Below are positions 8,959 through 17,534 of a stretch of DNA of 64,000 bases, piece by piece. The DNA is taken from positions 6,068 through 70,067 of IMG/VR virus record IMGVR_UViG_3300033074_001542; one strand, written 5' to 3'. A program made the position numbers and the translations under genes. The stretch comes from a virus. Its lineage: Duplodnaviria > Caudoviricetes. Below the pieces are notes generated by a model. The model was not told the origin of the DNA. It saw only the letters and a program-made list of their open reading frames with translations, and searched no databases. Position 1 is the stretch's first letter. Each line of letters begins with the position of its first letter.

Positions 8959-9653
8959 CTCGCCTCCAGGGCCTTTCTCAGATACGGGTCCACGTCGTCC
9001 TGGCGCAGAACCCAGTTGATGTAGTCCTTCCGGAGATCCTTGATCAGTTCGCCCTTGTGCTTTCCGAAAGGCATTCTCGTTGGAATCCTGGCGAGCTCGG
9101 AGGCGACCCAGAGGTCCTCCGGGTTCCACGCAATCTTCTTCGCCTTCATTATCTGGAACAGAAGGTCCGCCGTCATGTTGACGTCGACGACGGCGCCGTG
9201 GGCGTTCCTGATTCTGTTTCGCTCCGCCCGGCGGTCGGAAGCCAGCATGTACATCAGCGCGGAAAGCGAGTGCGAATCGGCGTCTGGCCACACCCACCTC
9301 GAGAGCGCGAGCGTGCAGATCCGCTTGATGTCCGGACTTCCGAGGACCTTCCAGTCGTAATCGACGTTGTGGCCAACCACGTAACCGGCCCACTCCGGAA
9401 CCTTGGCCGTCTCCCAGGACTCACAGAACACAAGGTCATCATCGACGATGTGGTGCGTAGCCATTGCCCCGAACTCGATCGGTTTTGTTGGCCGGTACTC
9501 CTGGGTGAAGCAACCATCGGGATACACCTCGAAACCACCCCGCGGATACTTCTCGACATCCAAGAACCTGATCTCCATCCACGCGACCTGAATCGGCTGC
9601 GGCTCAACCTTTCCGGTTGTTTCGGTGTCAAGAATGATGATGCGGTCACCCAC
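8955..9653 (-). CDS. DEDDh 3'-5' exonuclease (exonuclease X-like) with a DUF3820-like C-terminus
   Basis: IILDTETTG, VVGHNVDYD, HGAVVD, RMPFGKHKG; GTG start at 9653. Confidence 0.88.
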   Translation of the reverse strand: MGDRIIILDTETTGKVEPQPIQVAWMEIRFLDVEKYPRGGFEVYPDGCFTQEYRPTKPIEFGAMATHHIVDDDLVFCESWETAKVPEWAGYVVGHNVDYDWKVLGSPDIKRICTLALSRWVWPDADSHSLSALMYMLASDRRAERNRIRNAHGAVVDVNMTADLLFQIMKAKKIAWNPEDLWVASELARIPTRMPFGKHKGELIKDLRKDYINWVLRQDDVDPYLRKALEAR

Positions 9654-10341
9654 GGCGCGCCTCCTCGACGAGCGCACGGATGGCGGCCCACACAACCGCG
9701 AGGTCTCCGCCGTATCCCCCTTTCGCCAGCCTGTCGTACGCACGAACTGCGTCCTGCATCGCCGCGAGGTACTTCTCGGCGCGGGCGCGCTGCTCTGCGG
9801 CCTCAGCCTCTGCCCGCAGTAGCGCCACACCCGCAGCGTCAGCCGATTGCCGGTACGCTTCGGCACGGACGCTCCATGTGTCGATTAGGTCCTCGGCCTT
9901 ATCTCGGCGGTCTTCTTCTGCCTGAAAGAGCAAATACCACCTATCAGCCTCCGCCTCGGCCTTCTCGTATTTCATGTACCTGTCGTCGGACGTGGCTTGG
10001 ATGGCTGCCATCTTTTTGTTAGCGACATTCAACTGGGAAAGCCGCTCGATGATCTCGTTGAAGACCCACGCACGATCCCCGGCGAGCTGGAGTTGCGTTG
10101 CGCTTCTACGTTCAGGCCCCTGTTTGAGTGCCCATTCGAGCCCGCGAAGGAATCGTTCGGCCTCGCCCCGCTCCGCCTCGGCCTTCTCAGCGCGCTCCCA
10201 CTGATCGCCCCGTTCTTTCTGCGCCTTGAGGGCGGCGGCCTGACACTCATCGCGAAGCTTCTCTAACTCAATGCAGCGAGCACCAGCGGCTTCGGCCCGC
10301 TTCGCAGCGCGGTGGTACATTTCCTCGTAATTCAGTCTCAC
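9646..10341 (-). CDS. Coiled-coil hypothetical protein
   Basis: 231 aa rich in AEAE/RAEK heptads. Confidence 0.65.
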   Translation of the reverse strand: MRLNYEEMYHRAAKRAEAAGARCIELEKLRDECQAAALKAQKERGDQWERAEKAEAERGEAERFLRGLEWALKQGPERRSATQLQLAGDRAWVFNEIIERLSQLNVANKKMAAIQATSDDRYMKYEKAEAEADRWYLLFQAEEDRRDKAEDLIDTWSVRAEAYRQSADAAGVALLRAEAEAAEQRARAEKYLAAMQDAVRAYDRLAKGGYGGDLAVVWAAIRALVEEARRG

Positions 10342-10670
10342 CGCTTCGCCCCGTCTTCCTTGAAGCAGTCCTCACAACCAGGGACGAGCGCGACGGTCCC
10401 ATGCTTCTCGCACCACCCCTTGTTCGAGAACGCCTTCGTCGTAAGCGCACGCGCCTCGCGCTGGGCACGGTCGGTCGCGTCGTAACAGGCGGTCTTTACG
10501 GCCTCGAGGATGAGTCCGTTCAGCTTCGCGATCATCTCCGGTTCCCGGATAGCCTTCTTCGCGAAGTCTCGAACAACGATGCTCACCTCGCCCTGCATGA
10601 CGTGTCTGGCGATGATGTTCGTGATCGCCTTCTCGAGACACTCGTCGTCAACGTTCACGGTAATCTTCAC
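10338..10670 (-). CDS. Hypothetical protein
   Basis: Coupled operon gene with a C-terminal CxxH..CxxC. Confidence 0.6.
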   Translation of the reverse strand: MKITVNVDDECLEKAITNIIARHVMQGEVSIVVRDFAKKAIREPEMIAKLNGLILEAVKTACYDATDRAQREARALTTKAFSNKGWCEKHGTVALVPGCEDCFKEDGAKR

Positions 10671-10894
10671 GACTCGCTCTCCTTCTTCTCCGGAAAAAAC
10701 GTGGATTTCTCGAAAATTATGGTCTTGAGTTCGGCCTCGATCACGGGTGGAAAAAACTGCGCCGCCTCATCGTGAAGCGAAAGACAGAGGACGTCGTCGG
10801 CCGGAATGCTGACCCGGATGACGATCGTGTCGCCGCAACACGGACAGTGCGCCGCGGCGTTGGCAAAGCGGGCTTTGATCATTCGTTCCACCAT
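10667..10894 (-). CDS. Small hypothetical protein (CPCC)
   Basis: Overlapping start and stop codons with both neighbours. Confidence 0.5.
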   Translation of the reverse strand: MVERMIKARFANAAAHCPCCGDTIVIRVSIPADDVLCLSLHDEAAQFFPPVIEAELKTIIFEKSTFFPEKKESES

Positions 10895-11217
10895 TTAGTC
10901 GGAATGTACCGGTCTTCAAAAAGATACACACGAACGTAATCGAGCGTGTTCCTGTCAAACACCTTCGAAAAAAGCGGAGGAGTCCCCGCCTCTTCCTCGG
11001 CTTCGAAGCGCGCAGAAAGCGCCTTGACGATGACGTCCTTGCTATCAGCATTCCCGAGGCGCGTCACGGTCCCGTCGTAGTGAACGGCCTCGGCAATCCA
11101 CTGCTCGCTGTCGTCAGTAATCTTGGTCATGCTGAACCGCCCAGGACAGTCATGGCCCACGAGAAACTGCCTGCCATTCCCAGCATCACAAATCGGGCAC
11201 ATCCCACGATCGCTCAT
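10879..11217 (-). CDS. Hypothetical protein
   Basis: ATGA coupling; N-terminal CPIC..HDC. Confidence 0.55.
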   Translation of the reverse strand: MSDRGMCPICDAGNGRQFLVGHDCPGRFSMTKITDDSEQWIAEAVHYDGTVTRLGNADSKDVIVKALSARFEAEEEAGTPPLFSKVFDRNTLDYVRVYLFEDRYIPTKWWNE

Positions 11218-11483
11218 TCGCTCGCCTCAGTACTGGCCGGCGTCTCCTCCGGCAGAAAGCGGAGGGCGCCGATCGCAATGTGCCCCTCCCAGACCAGGAT
11301 CGCGTCGTCGCCGGTGAACTCCGGCTCGCGCGTCAGGCGGTAGTTCACGCCGATCTTCTCGACATCGAATGCCATGGCGGCGGTCGACTCGCCGCCGAGA
11401 ATCTTGGGCCAGATCCACACGCGCCCCTTGCGGTCATGGCCGATCTGGGTGATGACGGTCCCTGGCTTGATCGTCGCCTTCAT
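11214..11483 (-). CDS. Hypothetical protein
   Basis: GGAGAGG RBS before MKATIKPG at 11483. Confidence 0.55.
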   Translation of the reverse strand: MKATIKPGTVITQIGHDRKGRVWIWPKILGGESTAAMAFDVEKIGVNYRLTREPEFTGDDAILVWEGHIAIGALRFLPEETPASTEASE

Positions 11484-11529
11484 CGTGTTATCCTCTCCGT
11501 GCACATCGTCTCTCCATCTACCAAGGATG

Positions 11530-11558
11530 TAGGGCCCCCAGGGAATCTGGGGGCCCTA
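11530..11558. terminator. Perfect 12-bp hairpin (terminator or processing site)
   Basis: TAGGGCCCCCAG-ggaat-CTGGGGGCCCTA; the T-run is on the plus-strand side. Confidence 0.5.
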
Positions 11559-11572
11559 GCATTTTTACCGGA

Positions 11573-11914
11573 CTACCGGAGCTTCAGGGCCTCTGCTTCC
11601 TTGAGGAAGTCATCGCCCGCGGTCACGAGCTTGGCGGCCGTCACGACCAGGAGCTGGCGCGCCACCCAGGCGCGGCTCCGGTCCAGACGCTTCCCGATCG
11701 CGTCGACATGCGACAGCGTCGTCGGGTCGAGCTGGAGCGGGAGAGCCTTGCCCTTCACGGGTGGAAGCGGCTCGGTCGGCCCCGGCTTGCGCGTCTTGCG
11801 CGGGCGCGGGAGCGGCGGCGGGTTCTTGATGACCGGCGGGCCGCCGGCGGACGGATCGGTTCCGTCGATATCGGTGAGGGACATGGGGACTGCTTCTTTC
11901 TTTCTGCGACCCAT
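11573..11914 (-). CDS. Ribbon-helix-helix-like DNA-binding protein
   Basis: Pro/Lys-rich N-terminus, then LPLQLDPTTLSHVDAIGKRLDRSRAWVARQLL (CopG-like pattern). Confidence 0.55.
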   Translation of the reverse strand: MGRRKKEAVPMSLTDIDGTDPSAGGPPVIKNPPPLPRPRKTRKPGPTEPLPPVKGKALPLQLDPTTLSHVDAIGKRLDRSRAWVARQLLVVTAAKLVTAGDDFLKEAEALKLR

Positions 11915-11915
11915 T

Positions 11916-12098
11916 TCAGGCCTCCTTCTCTTGGACCATGTCGAGCTCCGTGGTGAGCTCCTTCACGGCATCCTCGATGTCGGTCAGGTCATCCTTGTAG
12001 GCCTGCCGACGTTTCTTCTCTTCCTTGATCATCTGCTCGCGCTTCTTCAGAAGATTCACGAGACGCTGCGTCTTGTCGTCGGATTCGGGGCAGTTCAT
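11916..12098 (-). CDS. Small coiled-coil protein
   Basis: MNCPESDD start with ATGA overlap. Confidence 0.55.
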   Translation of the reverse strand: MNCPESDDKTQRLVNLLKKREQMIKEEKKRRQAYKDDLTDIEDAVKELTTELDMVQEKEA

Positions 12099-12337
12099 TT
12101 CATCCTTCCCGTCAAATCGTCGAGCGAGTAATACCTGCCCGTCAGCCGCTCGAGCGCGTCCGCCAGGCAGATGGCTTCTCCGAGGCGCCATCGCCGCTTT
12201 CCCTGGATCCAGGTACTGAAGGTACTGGCTGGAACCCCTAGTTCATTGGCGATGGCACCTTTCCTGAGTCCCGTCTTCTTGATGGCCTCGCGGATCATCA
12301 TCGACGAGTGTTCTTGGTTTCCGAGTAGTCCCTTCAT
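12095..12337 (-). CDS. XRE/Cro-like HTH transcriptional regulator
   Basis: IKKTGLRKGAIANELGVPASTFSTWIQGKRR; AGGAGG RBS before 12337. Confidence 0.8.
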   Translation of the reverse strand: MKGLLGNQEHSSMMIREAIKKTGLRKGAIANELGVPASTFSTWIQGKRRWRLGEAICLADALERLTGRYYSLDDLTGRMK

Positions 12338-12353
12338 CTGGAAGGCCTCCTGG

Positions 12354-13838
12354 CTATTTCTTGTCGCGGAAGGCCACGATCCGCATGAGATCGCCACCCG
12401 GCGTGGCGGCCGAGAGCCGGCACTCGGCGTTTGAAGTCGCCTTCAGGAGCTGACGGAACTCGAGGATCTCGATCGCGGCACCCTGCCACGCGAAGAGCTT
12501 CCAGGCTTTCGGGTTCTGGGTGAAGCCGGCCTGATAGATCATCCGGTTCGGGTCGATCTCGCGGACCCGACAGAGCTCCCTGGCCTCGGACTCGATGGAG
12601 AAGATGTCAGACGCCAGCCGCTGGACCGGCGGCATCGCGTTCCGCACGTCCTGGGCCGAGATGACACCGGGCGGCTGGGGGACGGCCGGTGTCTGCTTCT
12701 TGGGTGGATCGTACTTCTTCGCGTTGTAGGGCGGCTCGTACTTGACCGGCTCCTTCTTCAGGAACTCATAGGCATCCTTCTGAGGCGAGGGTGCCGTGTT
12801 CTTCGCCGTGTTGTCATCGAGGATGCTCTTCCCGGCCTTGACCAGGGTGTCGCTGACGATCTTCTCGACCGCGTTCTGGTGGGTCTGCTTGGCGTCCGCC
12901 TCCTTCTTCCTGCTTCGCGCGCCGACGCACGCCACGCAGTTGCAGTCGCCGAACGGAATGAGGTTCGGCAACTTGGAGTGCTCCCTGCGAATCCGGTCAT
13001 AGCAGACCTCGCAGGTGCAGCCGGCCCTGGACTTCAGGACGTAACCGTAGTGGTTGTCGTAGAAGTCCTGGGCGTCGTGGCAGCCGGCGCAGGTGCAGCC
13101 GACGATCGGCGGGATCGGTTCGTTCCGGGCGTTCATCTTCACCGTGAAGATGTGCCTGTCACCGACCTTGGTCACGCCAGGATGTGTGCTCGTGGCCTCC
13201 GCGATAGACGAGAACGTCACCGTCCCCTGCAACGGGTTCACCTGGGTCACCGTCATGCTGACCATCGGGATCGGATTCGTGGCCGGAAGGCTCAAGCCCA
13301 TCACCTGGGTACCGTGCTTGATGGGGTGGTAGTTCGAGTAATAGAAGAAGGTCGGCGGCGTGAATCCGTGGAGAAGATCGATCCGCGGCGGGCCCGAGAG
13401 CTCGCTCGTGAACTTCACGTCGGACAGGTCGAAGATCACGCCCTCGGAGATGTGGTCCCCGATCGCCGTGAGCCGCACGACACCGGTGTAGGTCGTGTAG
13501 GTCGTGGAGTGGTTGAGGGACCCTGGGAGAAGACACGTCTTCTTCCAGACCTCCGGGACCGCCCCAGCGAGCCCCATCGGGAGCTGGCAGCCCGGGGTGA
13601 CCCACATGACGACGTCGCCCACCCGGAACTTGTTCACGGGAGCGATGACGACCGCGTCGGTGAGATGCGGATAACCGGTCCGCATGCTGTTGGGCGGCCG
13701 CGGGGGCGCCTTGATGAAGACTCTCTCGAGCTTTACCGAGGCCTCCCGGCCGCAATGCCGGGTTGCCGGCCGGACCGCGGTCACCGTGGCGAGCCGCGGG
13801 GGGCCGAAGTTCTTGTTGATTTCAGGGTCGATCAACAC
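12354..13838 (-). CDS. Mosaic protein: OB-fold N-terminus resembling the DRB0094-type RNA ligase N-domain, plus a Cys-rich central region
   Basis: RLATVTAVRP..FRVGDVVMWVTPGCQLP..ISEGVIFDL; GCTCAGC, GCTCEVC, DCNCVAC; no ligase KxDG motif visible. Confidence 0.5.
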   Translation of the reverse strand: MLIDPEINKNFGPPRLATVTAVRPATRHCGREASVKLERVFIKAPPRPPNSMRTGYPHLTDAVVIAPVNKFRVGDVVMWVTPGCQLPMGLAGAVPEVWKKTCLLPGSLNHSTTYTTYTGVVRLTAIGDHISEGVIFDLSDVKFTSELSGPPRIDLLHGFTPPTFFYYSNYHPIKHGTQVMGLSLPATNPIPMVSMTVTQVNPLQGTVTFSSIAEATSTHPGVTKVGDRHIFTVKMNARNEPIPPIVGCTCAGCHDAQDFYDNHYGYVLKSRAGCTCEVCYDRIRREHSKLPNLIPFGDCNCVACVGARSRKKEADAKQTHQNAVEKIVSDTLVKAGKSILDDNTAKNTAPSPQKDAYEFLKKEPVKYEPPYNAKKYDPPKKQTPAVPQPPGVISAQDVRNAMPPVQRLASDIFSIESEARELCRVREIDPNRMIYQAGFTQNPKAWKLFAWQGAAIEILEFRQLLKATSNAECRLSAATPGGDLMRIVAFRDKK

Positions 13839-13858
13839 TTTCTATTCCTCCTCTGATG

Positions 13859-14248
13859 CTACTCATCGTTCTGGCAGTGACACTTGTGAATTTCGACGTG
13901 GGTGCCGCAGTGCCGGCAGCGAACCTCGTTGAGGGACTCCAGGAAGTCCATGTACTCCCGGTCGGTGTAGTCGTGAAGGAGGTCGCCGACGAGGTAGCCC
14001 ACCGGCTTCGGGAAGGGCCGGCCGAAACCGTCGGTCTCGACGTCGGGATTGATGGACTTGGGTCTGACGGTCTGACCCTTGCCGCACCAGTCGTCGACAG
14101 TGACGACCGGAAAGCCCATTCCAGGCTCGGGCGGGTTGAACCGGCAGGTGAACCTCGGTCTCTTGTCGACGGTGCCGGCGTGTGGCGTCAGCGGGTGCGA
14201 GAAACAGCAGGCGGCGCACGACCTCCTGGGCGATGGGGTAGAACTCAT
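13859..14248 (-). CDS. Cys-rich hypothetical phage protein
   Basis: CAACCF..CRFNPP..FPVVTVDDWCG..CRHCG..CHC; ATGA overlap at 14248. Confidence 0.6.
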   Translation of the reverse strand: MSSTPSPRRSCAACCFSHPLTPHAGTVDKRPRFTCRFNPPEPGMGFPVVTVDDWCGKGQTVRPKSINPDVETDGFGRPFPKPVGYLVGDLLHDYTDREYMDFLESLNEVRCRHCGTHVEIHKCHCQNDE

Positions 14249-14583
14249 CGCTTCTCCCTCGCAAACAGGTGGTTGATGGCGTTCCGCATGAGCCTGTCGA
14301 GGTCCTTGCGGTTGTAGTCGAGCAGGTCCCCGTCCTCGTCGAGCTTTCCGGTCAGGATTCCATCCTTCACGAGGGCGTGTGCGATGTCGCAATTCCACCC
14401 GCTGTCACCGAGCGGCCTCTTGCCGCTGAATCCCTCTTGTTGCGACCAGAGCTCGAGCAAACATTGATGAAGGAAGTCGCCGACGCTGGAGGCGCCGGTC
14501 GCTTTCTTGTTCATCGGGGCCGCGAGGACCCTTTCTTGGGTGGCGCGCCACGCCTCGGCGAGGGCTTCGTTGTTGTCTGCCAT
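14245..14583 (-). CDS. Hypothetical protein
   Basis: First gene of the minus-strand operon; GGAGAAG RBS. Confidence 0.6.
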   Translation of the reverse strand: MADNNEALAEAWRATQERVLAAPMNKKATGASSVGDFLHQCLLELWSQQEGFSGKRPLGDSGWNCDIAHALVKDGILTGKLDEDGDLLDYNRKDLDRLMRNAINHLFAREKR

Positions 14584-14632
14584 CGTTTTCTTCTCCGAAC
14601 GCGAATTCTAGACGTTTTCGAGCCCGGCGCAA

Positions 14633-14685
14633 CCGAAATTTCGCGCCGGGACCATAAATAGTGGTCTCGGCGCCTAAAATTTCGG
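14633..14685. promoter_or_regulatory. Long imperfect inverted repeat at a divergent junction
   Basis: CCGAAATTT-c-GCGCCGGGACCA-taaatag-TGGTCTCGGCGC-cta-AAATTTCGG between the diverging starts at 14583(-) and 14690(+). Confidence 0.5.
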
Positions 14686-14689
14686 CCTG

Positions 14690-15028
14690 ATGACAAAAAA
14701 ACAGCTCTCCGAGGTCTTCGATCAGTACCCGGACGTCGAATTCGTGGTCCTGGATGGCCTGGACGAGGCGATCGTCGGCGTCGTCGACCGCAAGTTGCAG
14801 CCGCAGCCCGTCCTGCTCTACTCCGTGGCGAAAATCATCGAGATCCTGACCGGCCAGATGGCCCAGGACCTGGACCAGAGGGTCGACCTCGAGGATCCGG
14901 ACGACGATGACCCGGAGGAGCTGGCCTGGGAGTGGTTTTCCTTCAACATCGAGGACGCCTGGATGGGCGACGGGACGCCGGCCTTCCTCTGGGACGTGCC
15001 GGGGGAGCCGAAGGAGCCGCATCCCTGA
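14690..15028 (+). CDS. Conserved acidic phage hypothetical protein
   Basis: LDGLDEAIVGV..LLYSVAKII..AWEWFSFNIEDAWMGDGTPAF, a pattern common in phage proteins. Confidence 0.7.
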   Translation: MTKKQLSEVFDQYPDVEFVVLDGLDEAIVGVVDRKLQPQPVLLYSVAKIIEILTGQMAQDLDQRVDLEDPDDDDPEELAWEWFSFNIEDAWMGDGTPAFLWDVPGEPKEPHP

Positions 15029-15030
15029 CC

Positions 15031-15222
15031 AAAATGGATGATCCGGCCCGCCCTCGGCGCCTTCTCGCCGCGTGCGCGGCTCAACGACACCTGTTTTTGG
15101 CGCACGGGCCGGATCCTCGAAGAAAAATGGATGATCCGGCCGGCCCTCAGGTCCTCATCGCCTCTGCTGGCGAGTTCAACGGCTCTGTTGGCAGGGCTCA
15201 GCCGGATCCGCGGCGATTCTAG
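15031..15222 (+). repeat. Degenerate 93-bp tandem duplication with a 25-bp near-identical head
   Basis: AAAATGGATGATCCGGCCCGCCCTC at 15031 and AAAATGGATGATCCGGCCGGCCCTC at 15124. Confidence 0.7.
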
Positions 15223-16010
15223 TCCCGGTTTCTGGTCGTCTCAACCGGGAACGCGGGCCGGACGAGGGAATACAGGCCTGTTTCCGAGTCCCTCCGCACG
15301 ACACCGCCGTTCTGAAGGTCGGTGAGTGCGTCGAGTGCGGCGTCGGCGCCGATGCCGGAGGCCGCATAGAGCACCCTCGCCTTGGTGGGTCCCTCCTCGA
15401 GACGCCGGATTATCTTCTCCACGGGCGTCGAGAACTGAACTGGCTTTGGTTTCGGGGGTTCTGGGGGCGGGGGCGGCGGAACGTCTACTTTAACTGGCGG
15501 CGGCGTAACCACGGCCGACTCGGTTGTCTCGGGCCTAGCGATGCCAGCGTCCGCCATGCTCCAGAACTTCGAATTCCTGGGCCCGCGGCTCATCACGATC
15601 TCGCCTCGCCCCAGGAGCAGGTCGAGGGCCGCATTCAGGTTGGCCCGTTTCGCCCCCACGAGTTCGTGAAGCTGGTTTGTTATGACTCCTGGGTTTGACT
15701 TCAGCGCCCTCTTGACGCGCGTGATCGTGCTCTCGATCACCAGCATGAAGGCGGCGGCCCGTTCTTCATCCCGGGCGTTCCGGTATTCGATGGAGGCGGC
15801 CCTGGCCTCCGTCAGGAGGCGGGCTTTCTCGGCTATTTTCGCCTCCCTGGCCGCCTTCTTCGCGTTCACGTCATTTCTCCACACCGCCTTGGCGTCGAGC
15901 TCGGTCTTGAGGGCCGGCGCGATGAGCTCCAGGGAGGCCGCAATGCGCTCAAGCACCTCCAGGATGGCCTGGGCGCGGGCCGGTGAAGTCGTAAGATGGT
16001 CGATGTCCAT
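15219..16010 (-). CDS. Double winged-helix DNA-binding protein
   Basis: Coiled coil, wHTH1 (RALKSNPGVITNQLHELVGAKRANLNAALDLL), Pro linker, wHTH2 (IIRRLEEGPTKARVLYAASGI..ALTDLQNGGVV). Confidence 0.65.
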   Translation of the reverse strand: MDIDHLTTSPARAQAILEVLERIAASLELIAPALKTELDAKAVWRNDVNAKKAAREAKIAEKARLLTEARAASIEYRNARDEERAAAFMLVIESTITRVKRALKSNPGVITNQLHELVGAKRANLNAALDLLLGRGEIVMSRGPRNSKFWSMADAGIARPETTESAVVTPPPVKVDVPPPPPPEPPKPKPVQFSTPVEKIIRRLEEGPTKARVLYAASGIGADAALDALTDLQNGGVVRRDSETGLYSLVRPAFPVETTRNRD

Positions 16011-16834
16011 GATGATCTCCCTTTCAGATCGTCTGGCGTGCCTCCGGCGGGCAATTGCGGCCCGCCGGAGGCCTCTCGCCGCCGCGGATTTTACTGCTTC
16101 TCAGGCAAAAACGCGATAAAGGAAACGCCGGGACACGACATGGTGCGTAAAATTCGCAAAGAAATAGTACCTCTGCACTGGTTCCTCGACCCTGCGAAAA
16201 CAGGACGTTACGCGGATTCTGCATGTTTAAGCGTTTCTTTTTCGCGAAAACGACAATTCGTCCAGTGGTCGTTGTGACTCCAAAAAAACAGAAACCCGCT
16301 GGGAATCATCAGTTCCTGAGTTCCCGGCGTTTGCCCCTACGGGGGAGGAGCTTCGCTCCACTCCCGCATCGCTCCGCTCGCTCCGTTCCGCCGCTCCGTC
16401 CCCCGCTTAACGGGGTTCCGGTTCTCGGTTAATAGTGGAGAACCGGACGGGAACCGCTGACACAAGTGGATTGCAAAAAAATTCGCAATTGAGTGTTTTC
16501 AAAGGAGCTTTTACGTGTTCCAAAACGAAAAATTAAAAAATCGGGGGCGTGGGTATGATTCAAGACACCGGTTCACAGGGGGCAGTATGGGGGTGGCACC
16601 CCAGATCCATGACGCGGGGCGTAAATTTGACATAATGGACGTTATCGGACCCTGAGACGGCGTTCTGGATGGCGTTCTGGGCGGCTCCCTGGTGGTGCAT
16701 GGTCTGGTCTCCTATCCAAGTGTGCCCCTAGGGGCGTTACTCCGGCGTACTGGGTGAAATGACCCACTTGCGTCCTACTTGCGCCGCTCACTTGAAACAC
16801 TTCGTTTCACGGCGAAATGAGCTGGAAACAAGAA
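16011..16834. other. Non-coding, AT-enriched control region (candidate origin or genome terminus)
   Basis: No credible ORF; A-tracts, palindromes and short repeats. Confidence 0.5.
16040..16072. promoter_or_regulatory. Perfect 13-bp hairpin in the leader of the wHTH gene
   Basis: GCCTCCGGCGGGC-aattgcg-GCCCGCCGGAGGC. Confidence 0.45.
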
Positions 16835-16862
16835 GAGCCCCTAGGGTTTCCCCTAGGGGCTC
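16835..16862 (-). terminator. Rho-independent terminator
   Basis: 12-bp stem GAGCCCCTAGGG/CCCTAGGGGCTC with a GAAA loop on the minus strand, followed by TTCTTGTTT, downstream of the 16881-17339 gene. Confidence 0.75.
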
Positions 16863-16880
16863 GATGTAGTCACGCTGTTG

Positions 16881-17339
16881 CTACGCTTTGGGGATCCCTA
16901 CGGCAAGCAAATCGATCGACGAGACGGACGCCGTCCTGGTCGTTCCCTTCTCCCGCTCCTTCTGGGCAGAGTAGGCCTTAGCCGCGGTCAGGCACTCCTT
17001 GAGAAAGGTCTGGTTGTTGGCGGTCCTGAGGCTGGTCAGCCAGTCGCCCAGATCCTCGCTGTGGAGGATCAGGTAGGCGAGCATCTCGGGACCGAGATTG
17101 ATCGTCCCCTTGTGCTTGTTGGTCTCGAGATCGTGGACGTAGAGCGTGAGCCACCCGGAGCGGACGCCGTTCCGCTTCTCGTCAGAGCGGGTTAGCCGGA
17201 ACCTCTCCCGGATCACCGGCTTCTCCTGGGTCTTCTCCTGGGCCTCCACGATCTCGATCTCCACACCCTGCTTCTGGTAGGCGCTGATCTGGTCAGCCGT
17301 CAGGGTCGAGAACTTGTCGAAACTCATCTTCACGATCAT
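16881..17339 (-). CDS. Hypothetical protein
   Basis: AAGGAGAAG RBS, coding-like composition and its own terminator. Confidence 0.75.
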   Translation of the reverse strand: MIVKMSFDKFSTLTADQISAYQKQGVEIEIVEAQEKTQEKPVIRERFRLTRSDEKRNGVRSGWLTLYVHDLETNKHKGTINLGPEMLAYLILHSEDLGDWLTSLRTANNQTFLKECLTAAKAYSAQKEREKGTTRTASVSSIDLLAVGIPKA

Positions 17340-17534
17340 GGTCTTCTCCTTGGCGCCCCGGTTTCTCCGGGGATCGCCGCTTTCGGTGCTCCAACTGCCG
17401 CCGGTGCGGTTCGTTTGGCGATTCCGGGCGCCCCACGGCGCCCCCTAGGGAGTCCCTGGGCGTCCTGTCCTTGGGCTGCTGGTCGTATGCAGTCCTCAAA
17501 CACAGGCACCGCCCAGGGACAGGTTAGTCGCGCA

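Noticed and set aside
15031-15148. 25-bp direct repeat as a mini-CRISPR array
   Set aside because: There are only two copies, the 68-bp intervening sequences resemble each other (a tandem duplication), and there are no cas genes. The Cas4-like nuclease is an ordinary phage recombination exonuclease.
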